NCBI GenBank assembly: GCA_043778225.1
Contig: JAYWGM010000028.1
Span: 44,560-108,559 of the forward strand
Source of the DNA: Deinococcales bacterium
Lineage (GTDB): Bacteria; Deinococcota; Deinococci; Deinococcales; JAAFIG01
Reading direction: 5' to 3'
Length of the DNA: 64,000 nucleotides
Shown here: positions 7,231 to 17,111 of the stretch, piece by piece
How the letters are laid out: each line of letters begins with the position of its first letter
Position numbering within the stretch: position 1 is the first letter of the stretch
The notes under the pieces: model-generated
Told to the model about the DNA's origin: nothing
The model's database searches: none
The model's input: only the letters and a program-made list of their open reading frames with translations
Position numbers and translations under genes: made by a program

Positions 7231-8354
7231 CAGATTCGGTACTCCGTGAATGGTGCAGCATCGGGTTGACCATCACTGACGTGTAGGGTGCGCGTCTCGA
7301 GGTTCATAATCACGCCACAAATCGTGGCAACGCGGTCTTCAGGCGGTTCTTCTTGGTTTGGATAACGACAAATTCCGTCGGGGTCGTCGTCGCGGTCAGA
7401 TAAAAATTCCTTAAAATCCTCAAGTTTTAACGGGCGGCGATTCTCGAGCAATTCGGTCATGCGTTTTTGTCGGTGATAACTGTGCGGACGACGCTCAGAT
7501 GGCGGCTCGACTAAGTTCATGCTTTTTGGGTCTAAAAAGTGATTGGTATGCGCCATACTGCCTAAATTGCACGAGACGGTACGAATACCATGTGGCGCAG
7601 TTTCAAAATCAATCACTTGGTCGGGTGCATGACCCACCATAAAATTGGTACTACAGGCTTTTGTGCCATCATCTATAACGGCTCGAGCCGCTTCAAGACT
7701 GGTGGAACGCAAAATTTCCCAGCAACGTGCATGGGTTGGTCGGGCAATTCGCGCCCAGTCGTCGTCCATGCTGGTCAAGCCACTGATACACAAGCCCAGT
7801 CCAGCACTGTTTAGCCCAAGTTTTGATGCAAAAATACCAGCTTCGGTAAAACCCAACGTCTCGAGACCATCAAGGTGCTTAGTGTGCAGCAGCGCCCCTT
7901 TAACGCCTTCAATCCAATCCCAGTTTTGACCAATGGTTAATTGCCCGCTTGCCGTGGCTTCAGGCAGCGCCGCAAACAAAGTACAACCATCCGGGCGACG
8001 ATGCTCTGGGCTGGCAGTCACTCGGGTCAAACCCGCATTCTCGAGACCGACCGTGCCGTATTGGTAATACAAAATCTCGTAACGCGCATTGAGGGCAGCA
8101 ATCTCAAAAAAATTACGCCCAGAGCTTTGAGAAATGCCGCGCATCCCTTCAGAATAGGCTGGCGAAAACTTCTCGAAGTGCCGTGCTACCTTGGCTGCCA
8201 TTGAAAGGGTTTGTTCTCGAGTCAGCTTAGCTTCTTTTTCAAAACGGTAAAAATACAACTCGAGGTTGTACTCGATTAAATCTTTGAGGGCTTCGCCGTG
8301 CTGCTGCCCCTGCTCGAGCGGTGTGCCAGAAAGTTCTACCAGTCTAAAGGTCAT
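7230..8354 (-). CDS. C45 family autoproteolytic acyltransferase/peptidase
   Basis: DGCT nucleophile motif, GQNWDW, HTNHF. Start moved to MTFRL (8354), which has TATGCT 6 nt upstream and avoids overlap with recQ. Confidence 0.88.
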   Translation of the reverse strand: MTFRLVELSGTPLEQGQQHGEALKDLIEYNLELYFYRFEKEAKLTREQTLSMAAKVARHFEKFSPAYSEGMRGISQSSGRNFFEIAALNARYEILYYQYGTVGLENAGLTRVTASPEHRRPDGCTLFAALPEATASGQLTIGQNWDWIEGVKGALLHTKHLDGLETLGFTEAGIFASKLGLNSAGLGLCISGLTSMDDDWARIARPTHARCWEILRSTSLEAARAVIDDGTKACSTNFMVGHAPDQVIDFETAPHGIRTVSCNLGSMAHTNHFLDPKSMNLVEPPSERRPHSYHRQKRMTELLENRRPLKLEDFKEFLSDRDDDPDGICRYPNQEEPPEDRVATICGVIMNLETRTLHVSDGQPDAAPFTEYRI

Positions 8355-8407
8355 GCTCTGAGCATACCGAATTTTCAGACTCGAGAAGTAATACAAATGG
8401 CGTAAAG

Positions 8408-10315
8408 TTATAGGGCTTCGCACCACTCCAAGACTCGAGGGAAAGAAACAGCTTCGCAGCTTCCGAAAAGCGCATTTTTCGAGAGTTTGGCTCGAGTCGT
8501 TTTGGGGCTGGTCATGCCGCATAAAAATCGTGCCAGTTGACGCGGCTCGGATAAGGCATCTGGGTTAGCTTGGACAAGGGCTTTGATGCTTCTTGGCTCG
8601 AGAATTTGCTCGAGCCTCGGGCTGGATTGGGCTGGTGGCAATCGGATTTCTTGCCCAAGGCAGTAGCTACATTGACCACAGTTTTGCACGTCAATGTCGC
8701 CAAAATAATTGGCTAAAGCATCGGTGTAGCAATGCTGATTCTCAAAAAACTTTGGGATGCTGTGCAAGCGTTCTAAATCGGCTTGTTCGCGTTTGGCAAA
8801 GCGTTGCTCGAGACTGGCAACCAGTTTGGGGATGTGGCTAAATTCTTTGACTCGAGTGAATTGATTGATAACATTGGAAACTTTTAATTCAACAAGTTTT
8901 TGCTCGGATAAATAATTGAGAGCAGTCACGATTCGCTCTCGAGGTTGGGCTATTTTTTCGCTTATCACACGTGGCTCGAGGGTCAGCCAATCGCGCCCCA
9001 TTTTGCCATTTTGTAAGACTGTCTCGAGAAAATCATAGCGCTCACCGCTAAATCTGGTCATGATTGTTTTGAGCGGTGTTAAGAATTTGAGGGCATATGT
9101 TTCGTATTGTGGTGTGCCTTGGTACAACATATCCTCGAGTTCCAGATAAGTGATCGCTGTTCGCAGCACAAGCGGGCGCAAATCGGTCTCGCCAGATAAA
9201 TTGTAAAGGTTGACGAGCATCTGTTCTGGCTGTGCCGCAAAGAAGCTCACAAGGCGCGTCAGGGCATCGGCGCTTGGCGTATCGCCATAAATAAATTGCT
9301 CGAGGGTTGCAGCATCCTCTAGGCTGCCAAACATCATGCCGATGGCTGGCAAATCATCGCGCCCAGCCCGTCCGACTTCTTGGGCATAGCCCTCGAGACT
9401 TTTGGGCAGTTGATAATGATAAACGCCACGCACATTGGCTTTGTCTATGCCCATGCCAAAGGCAATGGTTGCCACGACAATTGCATTTGGAGTGGTCATC
9501 CACCAGTGCTGCACGTCGGAACGCAGTTCGTCAGGCAGACCAGCATGATAGGCTCGAGCCTCAAGACCAGAGGCAATCAAAAAATCGGCAACCCGTTCAG
9601 CATCTCGCTGCAAGGTCGCATAAACAATACTTGTCCCGATATTTTGTTGCAGCGCTTTGAGTAACGCCGCATCTCGAGCCGCCAGTTTGGTTGGTTGCGC
9701 CAAAAGTTGCAGATTATCGCGGCGAAAACCAGAAATCACGGCTGCCGAATTAGGAATCTTAAAAGCCTCGCAAATGTCTTGCACCACACTTGGCGTGGCT
9801 GTGGCGGTCAACGCCAAAATTCGTTCCGCCCCAATATCTTCGGCAACTCGAGCCAGTTTTAAGTAGTCTGGACGGAAATTATGCCCCCACTGAGAAACAC
9901 AGTGGGCTTCATCCAAAGCAAACAGCGCAATTTTGGCGGACTTTATTAAGGCATAAAATTGTTCGTTGTTAAAGCGTTCAGGCGAAACATAGAGGATTAA
10001 ACTTTCGCCGTTTCGGATTGCCGCATTGACCCGCAAAAGTTCCTCGCGCCCCAAACTCGAGTCGAGTCGAGCCGCCGCAATTCCCAAGGCTTGCAAGGTC
10101 TGGACTTGCTCGCGCATCAAAGCCAGAAGCGGCGAAACCACAAGCGTGATTCCCTCGAGCATCAGGGCTGGCAACTGATAACACAAAGACTTGCCACCAC
10201 CCGTTGGGAAAACTGCCAAGGCGCGGTTAGAGGTAAACAGATGATGCAGCACGGCTTCTTGCCCAGCCCGAAATTTTGAATGACCGAATTTTAGCAACGC
10301 CGTCTCGAGGTTCAT
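8408..10315 (-). CDS. recQ: RecQ family ATP-dependent DNA helicase (no evident HRDC domain)
   Basis: PTGGGKSLCYQLPA, DEAHCVSQWGHNFRPDY, TATAT, ATIAFGMGIDK, QEVGRAGRD, Zn-binding CGQCSYC. Confidence 0.9.
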   Translation of the reverse strand: MNLETALLKFGHSKFRAGQEAVLHHLFTSNRALAVFPTGGGKSLCYQLPALMLEGITLVVSPLLALMREQVQTLQALGIAAARLDSSLGREELLRVNAAIRNGESLILYVSPERFNNEQFYALIKSAKIALFALDEAHCVSQWGHNFRPDYLKLARVAEDIGAERILALTATATPSVVQDICEAFKIPNSAAVISGFRRDNLQLLAQPTKLAARDAALLKALQQNIGTSIVYATLQRDAERVADFLIASGLEARAYHAGLPDELRSDVQHWWMTTPNAIVVATIAFGMGIDKANVRGVYHYQLPKSLEGYAQEVGRAGRDDLPAIGMMFGSLEDAATLEQFIYGDTPSADALTRLVSFFAAQPEQMLVNLYNLSGETDLRPLVLRTAITYLELEDMLYQGTPQYETYALKFLTPLKTIMTRFSGERYDFLETVLQNGKMGRDWLTLEPRVISEKIAQPRERIVTALNYLSEQKLVELKVSNVINQFTRVKEFSHIPKLVASLEQRFAKREQADLERLHSIPKFFENQHCYTDALANYFGDIDVQNCGQCSYCLGQEIRLPPAQSSPRLEQILEPRSIKALVQANPDALSEPRQLARFLCGMTSPKTTRAKLSKNALFGSCEAVSFPRVLEWCEAL

Positions 10316-10359
10316 AAAAGCAGTCTATCCTGCGCTTTGAAGTGGTAGAGTCATTACGG

Positions 10360-11385
10360 ATGCAACGTAATCTTCGCCTTACCCTCGAACCTTGGAGTCC
10401 GGAATACGACACCAGTCTTCATGCCGACCCAAACGAAACCAAATCGCTCGAGGATGTCGAACTTGAAGTTGAATTTAGCCTCTGGGGCAAGGTTCGCCCT
10501 GCCGATTACCGCGTGGATTTTAGCCAATTGTTTTTTATAGATGGGCGGCGCAGACTGGAAGGGCGGGTCTGGAACACCCTCGAGAAGGGAATTATTGCAC
10601 CCGGTTTACTTGGCACTTTGGCGGTTGGTGCAGTCACCACCAAGCACGACACGCTGACCCCAGCCAAAGTCGTGGACCGAGTTCTCGAGCGAATTTTGAT
10701 TTTGTCGGGCGGCACGGGAGAGGATTTAATCATTGAAAACCGTGGTCACGAATACGGGCGGCTCGAGTACCGTTACGAAGCCCTGAACGACACCCAAAAC
10801 CTCGAGAATGCCCTAATTCAGCGTTTGCAATTTTTAATGCGCGATGCCGAAGATAAACTGGCGGCTGGTTTAGCGCTCGAGAAGGCGCTTTTGATTTTGG
10901 ATGGTCCGTTGCAACGCCGCGCCCCAGACCGCAGCCTAGGCTATGTCAAAACGATGCACACCTTGTATGTCTCGGGGGCAGAACTCGAGGTTTTACGCCA
11001 ACTCGAGAAAGGCGAACGCACCCCAATTTTTCGGATTGGCAGCCGAATTTTGCCGCGTTATTCGTGGTACATCCGACTCGAGGACACGCCAGAGTATATT
11101 CAGCCCTTTGCGGGTTTGGTGCGGCTCGAGGTGCGCGACAGCATGGGTTTGGAGTGGGCAAAAGAAATTGCCGATTGGAGTTGCCGAATTTTACCGCGTT
11201 ACAGCGCCAAAGCCTTCCGAGACCCCAGAGCGCCGCAACAATTGATGCCGATTGCTTTTCTCGAGTCGGATTTGGGTCGGCGCATGGGCGACATGAGTAT
11301 TATCCGCCGTAGAATCCAAGCCCACTTAAAAGGACTGAATGCTCGAGAAGAAGATAGGCTCGAGGCTCGAGAAGTCAGTAATTGA
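10360..11385 (+). CDS. nurA: NurA-family 5'-3' nuclease
   Basis: FIDGRRR, LILDGPL, GYVKT, DPRAPQQLMPIAFLE motifs; lies directly upstream of HerA. Confidence 0.82.
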   Translation: MQRNLRLTLEPWSPEYDTSLHADPNETKSLEDVELEVEFSLWGKVRPADYRVDFSQLFFIDGRRRLEGRVWNTLEKGIIAPGLLGTLAVGAVTTKHDTLTPAKVVDRVLERILILSGGTGEDLIIENRGHEYGRLEYRYEALNDTQNLENALIQRLQFLMRDAEDKLAAGLALEKALLILDGPLQRRAPDRSLGYVKTMHTLYVSGAELEVLRQLEKGERTPIFRIGSRILPRYSWYIRLEDTPEYIQPFAGLVRLEVRDSMGLEWAKEIADWSCRILPRYSAKAFRDPRAPQQLMPIAFLESDLGRRMGDMSIIRRRIQAHLKGLNAREEDRLEAREVSN

Positions 11386-11399
11386 GTCACCTCTCAGGC

Positions 11400-11513
11400 A
11401 CTCCCCCCGCAGCGAAGCTGCGACCCCCTCTTCGAGGGGGTTCAAAACCTTAGAGCCTTGAACTTAAACCCCCTCGAAGAAGGGGAAACGCGAGTACAAC
11501 AAGCGTGGGGAGT
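11400..11513. repeat. REP-like inverted-repeat doublet between nurA and herA
   Basis: CCCCTCTTCGAGGGGG / CCCCCTCGAAGAAGGGG and ACTCCCC / GGGGAGT form a long hairpin. Confidence 0.65.
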
Positions 11514-11532
11514 TCCCACAAATTGGAGAAAC

Positions 11533-13338
11533 ATGAATTCAGCAATTCAATCCGTCGGCATGGTACTTGGCACAAAAGACAGCGCTCCGCTCGAGTTTTG
11601 GGTTGGGGTCAACGAAGGGCAGATGTTGCAACTCGATGATTTTGTGGTGGTCAAGACCAAAAAGCCGCTCGAGGGAACAAACGATGTTATTTCCTTTTAT
11701 GGCGTGGTGGACAGTGTGCGAAAACTGCACGAAGGCGTACAGTTTGATTCTGATACCCGCCTAGCGATCGAAGGAACAATTCCAGTCAATGTCAGTTACG
11801 CCGCCCATGTGATTGTGACTCGAGTTGAACCCGAAGAATTTGTGCCACCACATCCCGGCGACGAAGTTTGGCACGCGGTTGGCGAAGAACTGAAAATGGC
11901 GCTTTACCAAGACCGCATGGAGTCGGTCACACCCGCCGGTGTGCTGCGGAACGGTCAGCCGGCTTACCTCAATTTTGCTTTTTTGAACGGCGAAAACGGC
12001 GCACACGTCAATATCTCGGGCGTGTCTGGCGTGGCAACCAAAACCAGTTATGCGCTTTTTTTGTTGTACAGCATTTTTAACTCAAATGCCCTTGGACTCG
12101 AGAAAAGTAATTCTCGAGCCGTTATTTTTAACGTTAAAGGCGAAGATTTACTTTTCCTAGACCAAGAAAACAATAAATTCAGAGACCGCGAAGCCAAACA
12201 AAGCGCGGCTCGAGGTTTAGCCACCGACCGCTATACGGTTTGTGGCTTGCCTGCCACACCTTTTACCGATGTCCAGTTTTTAGCTCCCAACATTGGCACA
12301 GAAGGCGTGATTACCCACGGGGCTTCACAGCGAGGACAGGGGATTACGCCCTACCTCTGGACACTCAAACAATTTGCCCTCGAGCGGCTATTGCCGTATT
12401 GCTTTACCGACCGCGACGGCAGCCTCAATCTAGGGTTTTTGATTGGTCAAATCGAAGAGCGCTTGGTCAAACTGGTCTCGAGCCAAGATGCCAGCGCCCC
12501 GCATATTTTGGTAGACGACTGGTCTCGAGAAGACATTGCCGAGATAGACGACTCTATCGAATTTAATCAGATCGGCAAAGCAAAATTAACCAGTTTTACG
12601 CAGTTAATCGCCTACCTCGAGTACAAGCTGATAGACCAAAACGATGGCGAAGGCGACCCGCGCTGGGCTGGCAAGCAACCATCTGGCACACGTCAGGCTT
12701 TTGTGCGCCGTTTACGTGGTGTGGTCAAGCACCTCAATCCGCTCATTCGTGGCGATTTAGATTCGGCTCGAGCCGCCGCTTACCGCCCAGACCCAATGCG
12801 AAACCAGTTGAGTGTAGTGGATATTCACGGCTTGCACAGCCACGCCCAGATGTTTGTGGTCGGCGTGATTTTGAAGCAGCTTTTTGAAGACAAAGAACGC
12901 AAAGGGCGCACGCCATATGTTTTTGTGGTGCTGGATGAGCTTAACAAATACGCTCCGCGAGATGGCGAAAGCCCAATCAAAGATGTGCTGCTCGATATTG
13001 CCGAACGTGGGCGCAGCCTTGGGATTATTTTAATTGGCGCACAGCAAACGGCTTCTGAAGTTGAACGGCGGATTGTATCTAACGCCAGCATTCGTGTGGT
13101 CGGGCGCTTAGACCCCGCCGAAGCCGAACGCCCAGAGTACCGCTTTTTACCAGCCGCTTTTAGAATGCGCTCTGGGATTTTGCAACCTGGCACAATGATT
13201 GTGAGTCAGCCCGAAGTGCCAAGCCCCGTAATGATAACTTTTCCGTTTCCAGCATGGGCAACTCGCCGCGATGAGGTTAAGGATTTACCAACCACAAGGG
13301 AAGAATCTGAGAAAGCGGCGGCTGATTGGTTATCGTAA
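11533..13338 (+). CDS. herA: HerA/FtsK-family ATPase (HerA)
   Basis: N-terminal HAS barrel; Walker A variant [33 protein letters not shown]. Start at 11533 after a GGAG RBS; the longer ORF start lies inside the REP. Confidence 0.88.
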   Translation: MNSAIQSVGMVLGTKDSAPLEFWVGVNEGQMLQLDDFVVVKTKKPLEGTNDVISFYGVVDSVRKLHEGVQFDSDTRLAIEGTIPVNVSYAAHVIVTRVEPEEFVPPHPGDEVWHAVGEELKMALYQDRMESVTPAGVLRNGQPAYLNFAFLNGENGAHVNISGVSGVATKTSYALFLLYSIFNSNALGLEKSNSRAVIFNVKGEDLLFLDQENNKFRDREAKQSAARGLATDRYTVCGLPATPFTDVQFLAPNIGTEGVITHGASQRGQGITPYLWTLKQFALERLLPYCFTDRDGSLNLGFLIGQIEERLVKLVSSQDASAPHILVDDWSREDIAEIDDSIEFNQIGKAKLTSFTQLIAYLEYKLIDQNDGEGDPRWAGKQPSGTRQAFVRRLRGVVKHLNPLIRGDLDSARAAAYRPDPMRNQLSVVDIHGLHSHAQMFVVGVILKQLFEDKERKGRTPYVFVVLDELNKYAPRDGESPIKDVLLDIAERGRSLGIILIGAQQTASEVERRIVSNASIRVVGRLDPAEAERPEYRFLPAAFRMRSGILQPGTMIVSQPEVPSPVMITFPFPAWATRRDEVKDLPTTREESEKAAADWLS

Positions 13339-13363
13339 CTCGAGAATCGTGTACACTAATTGT

Positions 13364-13624
13364 ATGAACGCCATTACTACCCAAGAAGCAGTCAAAGACC
13401 TTGAAGCCTTGGTGCGTTCTGTGATTCAAGGCATTGAACCTACCATTGTCATTGCTAAAGATGGTTCAAAAGTTGTGGTCATGCCAATGGAAGAATACAA
13501 TTCGCTGAGCGAAACAGATTATTTACTCTCTAACCAAAAAACCGCCACCAAACTCCGCCAAGCGCTCGAGCAAGTGGCGAGTAACCAAGTGGTTAGTAAA
13601 ACCTTAGCCGAACTTGATTTATGA
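13364..13624 (+). CDS. yefM: Phd/YefM family antitoxin
   Basis: VVVMPMEEYNSLSETDYLLS motif; ATGA overlap with the toxin; TACACT 6 nt before the ATG. Confidence 0.88.
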   Translation: MNAITTQEAVKDLEALVRSVIQGIEPTIVIAKDGSKVVVMPMEEYNSLSETDYLLSNQKTATKLRQALEQVASNQVVSKTLAELDL

Positions 13625-13878
13625 ACTTTGTTTTTACCGACGATGCTTGGCAAGATTATTTGTGGTGGCATGGTCAAGATATTGTGATTTGGCAACGAAT
13701 CAACAGCCTCATAAAAGAATGCTCGAGAACTCCGCACCAAGGAATAGGAAAGCCAGAACCCTTAAAGCACGACCTCAAAGGCTATTGGTCAAGACGAATT
13801 ACCAAAGAGCATCGTTTGGTGTACACGTTTAACAACGAACGGCTGCTGATTTTATCGTGCAAAGGTCATTATGATTGA
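13621..13878 (+). CDS. yoeB: Txe/YoeB family toxin
   Basis: AWQDYLWW, GIGKPEPLKHDLKGYWSRRITKEHRLVY, C-terminal HY. Confidence 0.95.
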   Translation: MNFVFTDDAWQDYLWWHGQDIVIWQRINSLIKECSRTPHQGIGKPEPLKHDLKGYWSRRITKEHRLVYTFNNERLLILSCKGHYD

Positions 13879-13953
13879 ATTTCTAGCTCGGGCAGCACAG
13901 AGATAGCACTATCTTTTGCATCTCTTAAACTTTCGTTTGGCATTTGGTGGGTT

Positions 13954-14742
13954 TTAACTAGGTTCAAAATTAATCACTTCAACCCACAATTTGCGAAACT
14001 CATCAGGCTTTACTTTTAACGCTTTCATTTTTGGCGAAGCAGCAATTATTTGCAAAAGTAGTGAATCAGATGGATTAGCTAATGTTGCTTCCATCACTTC
14101 CGAAACCTGAGATTCTCGAATTGATATTTTTGCGAGCTTTTTTCTAGGTACGACATACTCTTCACATAGCTTTCGTGAAAGTTTTTTAACGTGATCATCA
14201 TTTGAAGTATTTTTCAATTGATTAAACAACTTTGTGATTTCAGAAACATCGGAAATTGTAAGATCAACCTTTTTTACAGCAAATAAACTTAAATCTAAGT
14301 CTGGCATTTTGATTTTTTCTTCATCTGAAATAGCCTCGCAGATGTCGGATATAAAGAAGTGTTCAGGATTAAGTAATACATAAGCCCATTTTCCGCCCAA
14401 AAGCACCCCTAAGCACATTTTCTCATGCCTTAAATAGCTTTGCATTTGCTCAATGTGCTTATTGATTTTTGTAATTTCTGTAGGTTTTTTTAGGTCTAAA
14501 AACCATCGATTTTCATTTCTACCTACTAAAAAATCAACTTTTATTATCGTTGTACCTATACGAATTGCATATTGTGAAATCACAGACGTTTTATCATACC
14601 CCAAACACTGCAAAAGCGTTTTACCGCGTCCCCAACCTGATAATGGCAACTCGACAGTCATACTAAGCTCGCGTTCGCTGACAATCTCGTGAGCATCTAT
14701 ACTTTCAAAAAGACGTTCAAAGTAATTCTTCACTGATGACAT
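13954..14742 (-). CDS. AT-rich putative PD-(D/E)XK nuclease (HsdR N-terminal-like)
   Basis: LQCLGY...KVDFLV...LDLKK...QMQSYL...GVLLGGK pattern; low GC. Confidence 0.55.
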   Translation of the reverse strand: MSSVKNYFERLFESIDAHEIVSERELSMTVELPLSGWGRGKTLLQCLGYDKTSVISQYAIRIGTTIIKVDFLVGRNENRWFLDLKKPTEITKINKHIEQMQSYLRHEKMCLGVLLGGKWAYVLLNPEHFFISDICEAISDEEKIKMPDLDLSLFAVKKVDLTISDVSEITKLFNQLKNTSNDDHVKKLSRKLCEEYVVPRKKLAKISIRESQVSEVMEATLANPSDSLLLQIIAASPKMKALKVKPDEFRKLWVEVINFEPS

Positions 14743-14884
14743 AATGAGCTAATTATATCCCCAATTCGTACACATAAGGACTCAACAACTACCTTTTCAG
14801 ACTATCTCGAGCTTTTGCTTATGCCACGGCTTGGCTTGCCCAAGGGTCGTGCAGCACTTCCGTAGGTTCTCATAGCAGTGCCAG

Positions 14885-15050
14885 TTATCAAACTTATGGC
14901 TTGCTCGAGAATGGCTAGACCCTCGTCTATTTCAGAGTCGCTGATGGTTTGCAATTCTAAAGACTCCACCCATGTCTGGACGCTGCACGATATTCATCGA
15001 TAAATACGGATTAAGCAGCTATTGGCGATTTCCCAAAACTGATCATTCAT
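14885..15050 (-). pseudogene. Remnant of a class III aminotransferase-like gene (large internal deletion)
   Basis: MNDQFWEIANSCLIR at the 5' end and, in another frame, TISDSEIDEGLAILEQAI, resembling the two termini of class III PLP enzymes. Confidence 0.45.
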
Positions 15051-15099
15051 GGGCTAGTTTAAGGAAAAACTCGAGGATTTACGAGTGCCTTGCACCCAC

Positions 15100-15132
15100 G
15101 CGACGCTGATGCGACGCTAGTCGTTATATACT
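15100..15132 (+). promoter_or_regulatory. Direct repeats GCGACGCT x2 (11-bp period) ending 8 nt before a TATACT -10 box
   Basis: Repeats at 15100-15107 and 15111-15118; -10 at 15127-15132; ATG at 15140. Confidence 0.55.
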
Positions 15133-15139
15133 TTGCTTC

Positions 15140-17017
15140 ATGAAAAAGATTCTGTGTGGATTGCTGTTTTTTCTCTTCTCGAGCGCTTCGGCATTTAATT
15201 TGCTACCACCAGTTCAAAATCTCGAGGTGGCTCGAGCCGCCCAGAGTCCCGCCAATTCTTGGACAATTTTGGTCTATTTGCACGCCGACCATAACCTCGA
15301 CCCAAGCAGTGTCGTGGATATGCAGGAAATGCAGAAAATTGGCTCGAGCAACACCTTTAATATCGTGGTACAGTGGGATAGAAGCGAAGTTTCTGGGGTG
15401 CAGCGCGGTCTGGTTGGTCAGGGCAAATTTAATGTGGTACAAAAAATGCCCGAGCTAAATTCCGACGACCCCAAAGTGCTTGCCGATTTTGTTTCGTGGG
15501 GGATTCAAAAATATCCAGCCCGACGTTACGGCTTAATCATGTGGGACCACGGCGGACAATGGGATGGCGGCTTTGGTGGCGACGAAACCAGTAAAGGAAA
15601 CGGCTTGAGTGTGGCGGATATGCGCCGTTCGATTCAAGCTGGATTAGCCCAAAGCCAACAAAAAAAGCTTGAGTTTTTGTCGTTTGACACCTGTTTGATG
15701 GGCGGTCTCGAGTTACTTGGCAGTTTTGCTGACCTAGCAAATATTTACATTGCCAATCCAGAACTCGATTTTGGCGATGGTTGGGAATACACCAACACCT
15801 TTGGATATTTAAAAAATAACCCAAGTGTGCCAATGAATCTTTTTGCTGCTAAAGAAAACGAATACTGGGCGAAACACCACAGTATTGATGAAGCCGATAT
15901 TTTGTACCGCGCCCACACCGCTTATGACTCGAGCAAACTGCCAGCCCTACTCACTGCCAGTAAAAGTTTCTCGAGCGCCCTGACCAACGTCTGGAAAAGC
16001 GAAACCGACAAACTCGCCACCCTTCGCAGTAAAGTTCTCGAGTACAACATCGATACCGACGAACCACGCGCTCCAAAAAACTATGTGGACTTAGGTCATT
16101 ATGCTGCCCTGATTGGAAAAACCACTTCGGATGCTGCCCTAAAAACGGCGGCTGCCAATTTACAAACCGCAATCAAAAATTCGGTCTTAGCCAAAACCTT
16201 GGGTAAAAACAATCAAGCCGCCAGTGGCATCAGCATTTGGATGCCAGCCGACAACAGCGAACTGCCCGAAGAAAGTGTCCTGACAGCTTACTCAAGCCTT
16301 TATAAAGTCAGCGATAGCGGTTGGAATGATTTTCTCGGGACTTGGTTTGGCACAGTTGAGCAAAACCAAGAAGCCCCAACCCTCGAATTGCTCGAGAGCC
16401 GAAATTTGACTTCACCCAATGCTAATCGTCCTGCCGAAGTCGATTTTCGGGTGGCTGGCACAGATTTAGATGGTGTCTATGCCAGCATCGGGCGCGAAGT
16501 CGGCACAACCTTTAATCTGTACGGCGATTTATTCTTTGACCGAGCCGAAGAAGGCGAATTTACCGCCGAGTGGGATGGCAGTCTAATTTACTTGTCGGAC
16601 GGTAAAAACCGCGATTTGTTCACTGGTTTTTTCCAAGATGTCGGCGATACGCTGCTGGCGGCGACGGCTCAGTATTCTGAACCCAGAGACCTCGAAACCA
16701 CGCCAGTAATTGTCTTGATGAACGCCGAGACACTGCGGATTACCGCCATGCTCGATGATTCTGGCTCGAGTCCACGAGAAATGACCGCCAAGCCGGGCGC
16801 GACCCTCGAGTTTGAGTATTTACGCTACGACAGCATAGACGACGAAGACCCCGATTTTGCTGCCACGGGTGGCAAAGTGATCATTCCGGCGGCGGGCATA
16901 AAAGCCCTAAGAAGCAGTTTATCACCTGCCCCAAAAGGCAACTATGTGCTGCTTTTTGGTGTGACCGACTGGGCTGGCAACGAACAAAATGACGAAGTAG
17001 CCGTCCGAATTCCATAA
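15140..17017 (+). CDS. Secreted clostripain-related (C11) cysteine peptidase
   Basis: Signal peptide; WTILVYLHADHNL, YPARRYGLIMWDHGG (His), FDTCLMG (Cys). Confidence 0.88.
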   Translation: MKKILCGLLFFLFSSASAFNLLPPVQNLEVARAAQSPANSWTILVYLHADHNLDPSSVVDMQEMQKIGSSNTFNIVVQWDRSEVSGVQRGLVGQGKFNVVQKMPELNSDDPKVLADFVSWGIQKYPARRYGLIMWDHGGQWDGGFGGDETSKGNGLSVADMRRSIQAGLAQSQQKKLEFLSFDTCLMGGLELLGSFADLANIYIANPELDFGDGWEYTNTFGYLKNNPSVPMNLFAAKENEYWAKHHSIDEADILYRAHTAYDSSKLPALLTASKSFSSALTNVWKSETDKLATLRSKVLEYNIDTDEPRAPKNYVDLGHYAALIGKTTSDAALKTAAANLQTAIKNSVLAKTLGKNNQAASGISIWMPADNSELPEESVLTAYSSLYKVSDSGWNDFLGTWFGTVEQNQEAPTLELLESRNLTSPNANRPAEVDFRVAGTDLDGVYASIGREVGTTFNLYGDLFFDRAEEGEFTAEWDGSLIYLSDGKNRDLFTGFFQDVGDTLLAATAQYSEPRDLETTPVIVLMNAETLRITAMLDDSGSSPREMTAKPGATLEFEYLRYDSIDDEDPDFAATGGKVIIPAAGIKALRSSLSPAPKGNYVLLFGVTDWAGNEQNDEVAVRIP

Positions 17018-17024
17018 GCCGAAC

Positions 17025-17048
17025 GAGGGCAGGCAATGCCAGCCCTCG
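17025..17048. repeat. REP-like hairpin / possible terminator
   Basis: GAGGGCAGGC AAT GCCAGCCCTC between convergent genes; similar to the GGGCAGGC REP at 53481. Confidence 0.45.
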
Positions 17049-17111
17049 AGAATCAAATTTTGGTGGGTTTTATGGTCGTCGCGTTTCTTACAAATGTGAT
17101 GCTTTGAACAC

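Noticed and set aside
11458..11532. N-terminal extension of HerA in the ORF track
   Set aside because: It lies in a REP-like hairpin; there is a better start with an RBS at 11533.
10360..13338. HerA as part of an anti-phage system (for example Sir2-HerA)
   Set aside because: The partner is NurA, and both genes have host-like composition and CTCGAG density, consistent with the housekeeping pair.
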